Shown here: piece after piece, positions 19,468 through 20,000 of the stretch | Layout of the letters: each line of letters begins with the position of its first letter | Position numbering within the stretch: the stretch's first letter is position 1 | Origin: Piedraia hortae CBS 480.64 | Taxonomy: Eukaryota | DNA: 20,000 nucleotides | Direction of reading: 5' to 3' | Assembly (NCBI GenBank): GCA_010093745.1 | Contig: MU006028.1 | Coordinates: 46,563-66,562, forward strand | Translations under genes and position numbers: made by a program | The notes under the pieces: generated by a model | Told to the model about the DNA's origin: nothing | Database searches by the model: none | The model's input: only the letters and a program-made list of their open reading frames with translations

Positions 19468-20000
19468 AGCGGTAGAGGTAAGTTTTCTGAGGGGGAGGTT
19501 AGGATTTTGGGGTATATGAAGCGAAAATTGGGGGATGGATTGATGGATTGGTACGTAGAGAAGGGGAGGAGGTTTGGTGGTTGCGAGGGGGGGTACCGAA
19601 GGTATGGCTTTAGAGCACTTTTCCCCTTTAATGGGCGGCTGCAGGTCATGGGTCACATTCGTATTTCTGAAGGCATGGGCTCGTAGCCATGTGGAAATTT
19701 GGTTCGGACGCAAGGTTCCAGGTAGAATAGAGCATTTAGGCTATGGGAAGCACGGGTATTACTGTTTTTCGAGTCATGACAATGGAGGAGATTGAACTGC
19801 ATGTGCACTTTCTGTTAGTCATGGCTTCTGTGCACGTTTGCCGTTACGAAGTTGAACTCTAACGCTAGGAGGTTGGGGTAGTATGCAGTGCATATGGATC
19901 TGAACAAGAATTGTAATCGCTACCAATTTTCATGCCATGGAGGAGTTTCTCCCATGGCATGGCACAGCTTTCCATCTGCAAAGAACCGCCCTGTGGGTGC

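Noticed and set aside
1..20000. CRISPR arrays, rRNA or tRNA genes, Starship captain recombinase
   Set aside because: No spaced repeat arrays, no cloverleaf or rRNA signatures and no tyrosine recombinase motifs were recognised.

Overview
Eukaryotic DNA from a filamentous ascomycete (Pezizomycotina-like proteins, 41-60 nt GT-AG introns, short intergenic spacers). Host genes: 3' end of clathrin heavy chain (+), then on the minus strand an Eis1-like eisosome protein, COX23 (absent from the ORF track), a SUR7/PalI-family membrane protein, a Psh1-like RING E3 ligase, ornithine aminotransferase, a small single-TM hypothetical protein and a candidate spliced 44-aa microprotein. Between EIS1 and COX23 (~3370-11660) is an ~8 kb accessory island. 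Two diverged relics of a trypsin-like serine protease gene bracket fragments of a Tad1-like LINE RT, a PIF/Harbinger-type Myb/SANT ORF, a Ty3/Gypsy pol, and a 2.39 kb unit with ~350 bp TGTTGG...CCAACA inverted repeats. That unit holds a MULE transposase relic, a Copia RT scrap and a solo LTR with a perfect 5-bp TSD. All recognisable coding relics in the island are on the minus strand. All family assignments come from manual motif recognition; no database searches were run.
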